51,639 bases of DNA from Nemertoderma westbladi (Eukaryota; Animalia; Xenacoelomorpha): NCBI GenBank assembly GCA_032718475.1, contig JAUCBJ010003856.1:1-51639 (forward strand), in the 5' to 3' direction. The notes beneath the pieces are model-generated. The model was not told where the DNA came from. It searched no databases and worked only from the letters and a program-made list of their open reading frames with translations. A program made the position numbers and the translations under genes. This document shows positions 46,801 through 51,639 of this stretch, piece after piece (within the stretch, counting starts at the first letter, position 1; every line of letters starts with the position of its first letter).

Positions 46801-47205
46801 GAGAGCAGTGAGGTGGACGACCCAACTGAGGGAACACCATACTCCTCAGATAATGACGATATTAACTCCACTATAGATCAATGGAGACATTGCCTTGGGA
46901 CGATTAATCCAGCCGACATCGCTTCCAGAGGAGCAACTCCTCAAGAACTGATAGATACTCCAGGCTGGTTAGGTGGATCCGACTTCTTAAGTAAAGAAGA
47001 AGAAGAATGGCCTCCTCATCTTACCACGGCGGAGATTAGACAGGCCAAGGGAGCGGAGAAAGTAACACAACAACTCAATCGCCCAGCTGGTCGTTTATGT
47101 TTACTGGAAAGAGACCGAAAACTGTCCGGAAACTATGGAAGGCAAGATACTCTTCCTACGACCACTTCCCTAATCCGACAAATATCTAGGGACTCCATAA
47201 CGTAA
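43897..47205 (+). CDS. BEL/Pao Gag-protease polyprotein fused in frame to an RNase H C-terminal stub; RT and integrase absent
   Basis: DUF1759-like Gag (KFNGDEMKWLPF...LSNGEKLRFLIKCLEG...WDTLNIRYG), three Cys/His knuckles (CALCDGPH, CYNCLRQGHQRRTC, CAKCGAKHHILLH) and an aspartic protease (ALLDSGSTGTFI, ILIGQN, RTRVGW). These are followed by WRHCLGTINPADIASRG...EEEWP. The start codon is uncertain (GTG in the track; first ATG at ~44002). Confidence 0.9.
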   Translation: MAEAERRASEETTQLELENLQETQDCINKQLTASQMQMMSRSTPKRQEYTSSEEGETTDPEGGGNRSRLSRRRKTSHRHKLPDLPPAVRRQLASTDLGNTEPTDQIIKVKRLPTIVDEPEIIRPVVPKATPVLETPVLPELNSKSPLHSTTLPVPSRTVQENIPVLDAEREIKDLSPVVPRLPATMLATPASAVEWVEEGRRGMNLLLGQMQETVHQLKGTLRESRVELQEVQQSIALERDKLVNIQKGIPIPPVTLCQPVRSEVLHAQGVEPTRIYTASEVETPIANPIKGDYKPVVDDIPYRPDNNPGNLYTDNSILNNTMAQESFTRQMARTEARQAVKVGEIVKFNGDEMKWLPFNEYYKDSIQNSVLSNGEKLRFLIKCLEGPPKLMALKFIGHPDGLRQVWDTLNIRYGNKDNIANYLYAKLVAPRKFLSSGIIKFSDEIQEICRQLDWLGKSQEYQSSMVIGAVVSTLPKGGVCTRWDKKVLYMNEQQRRGPTMADLMSFLDSEVKLQLIKQSREKTSENKVSEKPVSRRRVTPVCYTDDGESQVSQEEDSGKDTAKSYYDNKTYKDVSKYKSRTSDRREQVTTTPPTSPKRIHGRKPEERTRVHNVTQGKVSNIKPKCALCDGPHRLSVCAEFLKKSLVDRREVMWDKRLCYNCLRQGHQRRTCYSDVKCAKCGAKHHILLHSEFERNNPSQVSEPELHVQFSDVNDTDQESEMEGFYTDEFSDANKSCYLINTAVYRALTYEKDTDNEFPPTTFDRQPSWKDPTSNVGIREFPVVQVRVHGPNKSYIVNALLDSGSTGTFIDQELAEDIFAGQPKFQTKLNMSGIMQVWKSTITADYYVGALSTPQDKLGAQSIKSVKMVAIKNFATTQVEPYNLDEDESIQQLKIPRFHTDYPGVQILIGQNAHEALETLEKRPAQPQPLQTYAVRTRVGWYFTGPSRRTLKERLPQEQVYQVKEWEVESSEVDDPTEGTPYSSDNDDINSTIDQWRHCLGTINPADIASRGATPQELIDTPGWLGGSDFLSKEEEEWPPHLTTAEIRQAKGAEKVTQQLNRPAGRLCLLERDRKLSGNYGRQDTLPTTTSLIRQISRDSIT

Positions 47206-47753
47206 TAACATATGGAGTGGGCGTGTGACTATATCATTTTATATTTGTTTTTATTTTTATATTTATGTATGTATTATTATGTAATTTTATTATAATCGTT
47301 TTCTTTAATTTTATTTAGTAGAATGTTATTTTAGTGATTATTTAGTAGATTAGTGCAATATATTAGTGTTTATTACGTACGTAATTACTTATAATATATA
47401 TTTAGTGCGACGGCGAGAAATAATTATTTTTCTCTTTCCTTACTGTCCGTATCATATTATAAATACGTGACTACAGTAAGATGAAATGTCCGTACTTATT
47501 AAAGTACAATAAAGCCACTACTATATTCAAGTATTATTGGTAGGCAGAGTATTAGGAATGCAAAGTTCAGATCCTCGTGTCTCGGCTAAACCAAGCTCTG
47601 GGTAGACCTTGGAGACGACTTGCCTCTTCACACTGACATTGCTTCGTGCGATATTGCTCTCATACCATATATAATAATACATATAGTAGCGTGATGTCCC
47701 TCTAACAGTAGCGTGAAACACAAATAAATCTGTTAAACCTTTTGACCATCTGT

Positions 47754-48035
47754 AATTCTAGTCGATTAAGATATCGCGGCACCCACCGATATACTTGAAA
47801 GACAAATTCTAGAATCAGTGGTTAACGTCCCCAGACAAGTTCTGGAATAAATTGGTGCCCATCTCAAATATTAATTATTTAATATTTATAAATCTATAAA
47901 TCAAAATCTGTAAAATTCAGATCCTTTAACAATTCTAGTCGATTAAGATATCGTAGCACTTACCGATACTCTTAAAAGACAATTTTCATAGAATTAAGGA
48001 TCCTATGTCCCCAGACCTGCTCTGGAATCAAATTG
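47754..48035. repeat. Diverged ~100-bp direct repeat (177-bp spacing) in the BEL 3' region
   Basis: AATTCTAGTCGATTAAGATATCG...GTCCCCAGAC...CTGGAAT occurs at ~47754 and ~47931. Confidence 0.8.
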
Positions 48036-50218
48036 TGTCAATTGCACTATCAAATAATAAAATTTCAGGGAATAAATTTGAATTCATATTTTAATGAATT
48101 TAATAAATTGTCATTCTGTGCAATTTATAACATTCCCAAAATCCCATTAATTAATAGATCACGGGAGCGGAGATTCGTCCTATTAAGTGTGTTAGAGTGT
48201 GAGAATCTCCCATGTATGAGTCAATAGCCGATAAAATTTATAAAATCATATATAAACGAGATATTGGACCATTAAAGAATTACTATTAAATAGCATCCCA
48301 GATCTGTATGCATTGGAATTACCCTAATTCTACCGCTAGCTTTAAATAATGTCACCATAGTAACACCCACGCTAGAATTAGAAACAAGTTAAAAAGAACA
48401 ATAGAAAGCTTGCCCCATTGCATAGTAAGAAATAAATAGCGCACTGCTAGTATCCAAGGATACATAATAATAACGTGGCATTCTGGAAGGCACTGACTAA
48501 CGGACAAATGGCCCGAGTGTGTGTAATTTGTGACAGTTGTGTGTGTGGAATTTGTGAGTTTATAGGCGAATGTTACTACTAAGGTGTGTTTACAGTAGCG
48601 AGTCGCAATTGTGAAAGTAACCCTAACTCTCCAGTAAGAACCTGAAGTGTATCTAAGCCTTTGGGACGGACAGTGGAGTGACTCGTGCTAGTGTAATTGT
48701 CGTTGTGTAGCTACACGTTGGCGGAAAACACAGCGACGACGATACATTTGCGCTGAGGATTGTACACTGTCCGGGGTTGATTGGGGTAGGCAGCGACGCT
48801 CGCTAGCCTAATTATAAGCTCATTATAATATTTATAAACTCATATATAGCAGATATAACGGAGTTAATAGAAGATGGTCTTGGTATCGGGGAGCGATATA
48901 CTCTACCTTTACAAGTGTTTGTTGATAGTTTGATACGCGGCGACGCTAGTCCAACTACTACGGAGGACGATGGTCGTTATATCGAACCGACGATTTCCTC
49001 GAAGCAACTTACGCGTGAATTGGACTATGGAAAATTCACCGCTCGCTACACGCATCGCAATAGTACGTATATGGACTTCTTAACCATTGGCCATTCTATC
49101 GATTCACACGATACGGACTATGTCGAACATATATCCTACCCAGCGGAGTCGGAACGATAAACTGAAATTCGAATGCGAAAATTCTATTCGAAATCGACTC
49201 GAAAGAAAAGACATTAGAGAGACAAATGGACGCGGTAACTCTAACGTATATTTGGAGTTCTTGATAGAAGCATTGTAACAACAAATAAATATCATCCGCG
49301 TTTCCCCTACCAGACGTGCGTCTTTGGTATTATTACGATAAATGCCCTAGACCCAACTAATAAACGGAAAGACATAAATATCCACGGAAACCGAAACTTG
49401 TTCGACATATCACCTACGCTCGCTCGACTCAGATGATCCTTGAGTAAACCTACGATCATAGTTCCCGGAATACTCGGTCAGACCACCTCGTTCCTTGATT
49501 AGACCTCAGACTTTCGATTCTGATGGTATCCCGGATCCTCACGAGCTGTATTCACTGTTCAAAGATCTAGTGCTACCCTAACAATTAATCGGTAACACTC
49601 TGGCAGCGAGCTCTAGCTAGCCGCCCATCTTACCTAGCCGTATTGGGACGAGGACACCTAATATCACCATTCAACCGTATGGTCGTCCCAGTTTAACGCG
49701 ATACAACCCTTCATCAATGTGAAGGAGAACGTTGTACGAAACGAGTTAAACGCTATTCTACAAATATCAGAAAGGAAACCTGCATTTGTTCAGATAAACG
49801 TAAGTTATAACAGCAAGTCCAAGCGGTAAACGAATTGGCTTTATCTCAGTTCGATTGGGAAATCTTGAATCTCTAAGAAGATATCGAGCTTAGACAACCC
49901 TATTCTCTGCGAGAGTTTTGGATGAGCGTGTCCAACGACAAGCGGAGGAAAATCAGCTCGAGGAGAAGCAGATCGAAATGGACGAGACACTGACCGTAAC
50001 CCTAAACCTTCTGATGCAATTGTATTGCACCCTTCACCCAGGAGTTATAGCCCTCCTAGTAAAGTGGCTCGCTCCAAAGAGAAAAGGACTCTTGCTAGTC
50101 TCAAGAAACTGCGTAAACGCCGTCCGCGCAAGAAAAACTAACTGTTTAGAGTATCTTTATATTTTAGAAACTGTGATTTTTATATTTTATAGACTAAAAT
50201 CCCATTTTCTGGGAGCGG

Positions 50219-51426
50219 TGTAAAAGCTTTTGCGGAATTGCCCGGTTATTTTCCCCGTAAAGTACTCTGTAGTTGGTTTAGCAGGCATAAAAGGCCGTGT
50301 CATTGCTGTACCGGTGTTTTTAGGGGACATAAAAGCTATTTCTTCTGTATGTGTACTTTAGAGGACATAATTAGCAATTCTATGACGCAACGCCCTAGAT
50401 CCTCTTGAAACAGTGTCGTTACTATGACGACAGCTAACGGCTGAGCTTTACATGTGTAGCTTGCCCGGAGCCTTGCCTTGGTTCTTTGTTCTGCTCAGCT
50501 CAAAATGACGACATCTATCAGCTGTGTCCACGTGGAGCTCTTTGCCATTCGACCAATCAGAGATTCCCTCTTTGTGTAAAAGCTGTACAGCAGAATTACA
50601 GGGTTCAGTACTGACGTTTCCCCCACGCCTAGAACACCGGCCGGGGAATGTTTTCTGACATTAGAGCATCTTTAATTATAAGATCATCAAACGGTTATCA
50701 CGGTTTTGCACCTCGGCATCTGTAAAAGCTCACCCTGACGTAAACTGCTTTTCGCCGCATTATTTACTGCTATTTACTGTGTTGTTAATTGTATCGTTCG
50801 TTTACATATTATTATTGGGAAGAATATTGATAACGATCTGAAAACCCAATCTTCTTGATACACTAAGGTTAGAGAGACCGGTTACATATAACAATTTGCG
50901 ACATACATTATTGTGGTTTGTAGTGAGTTCAATGCTACTTAATAGGCCCTACAAATGTTGGTTGCTGTTCTCTTTATATATGATTAAAATCAGTGAATAT
51001 CGGCAATTCATGTATGCAATTGTGTGCAATAGTCTGTGTGTGCTTGACCGAGTAACAAATGCACTTTGGTGATCTATAAGACATACCGTTGTGCATAGTG
51101 TAAGTCATAGCTCTGTTTAAATAGATAGAGCGCCACGTCCTAAAGGAACTGCTAATATTTCCCGAAAGTGAATAATATTTATCAGAGATTATATATTAAC
51201 GATCAATCGAATAGTACGGTAGGCCTGCACCGCAATCAAATTAAAGCATCCAAACCCAGTCTCCCGGGTATATCCAGCGAGTGAATGGTCGCGCACAGAC
51301 TGGCTTTGGCTAATGTTAGAATTATTATAGGTGTTCAATACTTGTCATAGGCTGGAGTAGATTTATAACCTAGGAGACATATAGATTTGGCGGGTTAAAC
51401 TGCCAAAGGTCTTAAAAGCGCGAACA
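50219..51426 (+). repeat. 3' LTR (1208 bp)
   Basis: Direct repeat of 40692-41914. Confidence 0.95.
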
Positions 51427-51639
51427 GTCTGCTTGTGGTAGCTGCCAAAATATACAATAAAATGATTCTATATAGGATTAGGCCTCACATAGAGAAACTA
51501 CTGCGTAAGAGCCAAAACGGATTTCGTCCAAGTAGATCAACAATAGCTCAGATACTTGCACTACGGAGACTGATTGAAGGAATCAAGTCAAAGAATCTCC
51601 CCGCAGTCATGACTTTTGTGGACTTCAAGAAGGCATTCT
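51427..51639 (+). mobile_element. Continuation of the RTE/RTEX-like LINE ORF2 (RT domain)
   Basis: Removing the LTR element and one TSD restores NYRGICLLVVAAKIYNKMILYRIRPHIEKLLRKSQNGFRPSRSTIAQILALRRLIEGIKSKNLPAVMTFVDFKKAF in frame. Confidence 0.95.

Larger units (their letters stand above)
40692..51426 (+). mobile_element. BEL/Pao LTR retrotransposon, non-autonomous deletion derivative, 5-bp TSD GTCTG
   Basis: LTRs at 40692-41914 and 50219-51426 (TGT...ACA); by eye they differ by about six substitutions and one 15-bp indel. GTCTG lies at 40687-40691 and 51427-51431, and purine-rich GGGAGCGG precedes the 3' LTR. Confidence 0.95.

Overview
AT-rich, repeat-dominated eukaryotic (animal, probably invertebrate) genomic DNA. 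It holds one convincing host gene: an intronless class A GPCR most similar to urotensin-II receptors (16393-17694, minus strand). The rest is nested mobile DNA and satellites. These include an Academ-type DNA transposon with ~540-bp TIRs (3841-12623), whose left TIR is split by a non-autonomous LTR element (4211-9887). A hAT MITE carries an IS3EU-like MITE, and there are several RTE/RTEX and CR1/L2 LINE fragments and foldback elements. A 12-kb 10-bp satellite contains a duplicated solo LTR. An RTE/RTEX-like LINE is cleanly interrupted by a 10.7-kb BEL/Pao LTR element that keeps Gag and protease but has lost RT and integrase. Most notable: neither two-LTR element has a tRNA-type (TGG-starting) primer-binding site. 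In both, the 10-11 nt directly after the 5' LTR are the exact reverse complement of a segment inside their own LTR. This is the geometry of Tf1-style self-priming, here apparently in BEL/Pao-type elements. All long low-complexity ORFs in the ORF track (1-2.4 kb and 22.5-34.8 kb) are satellite artefacts. All alignments and family calls were made by eye, without database searches.
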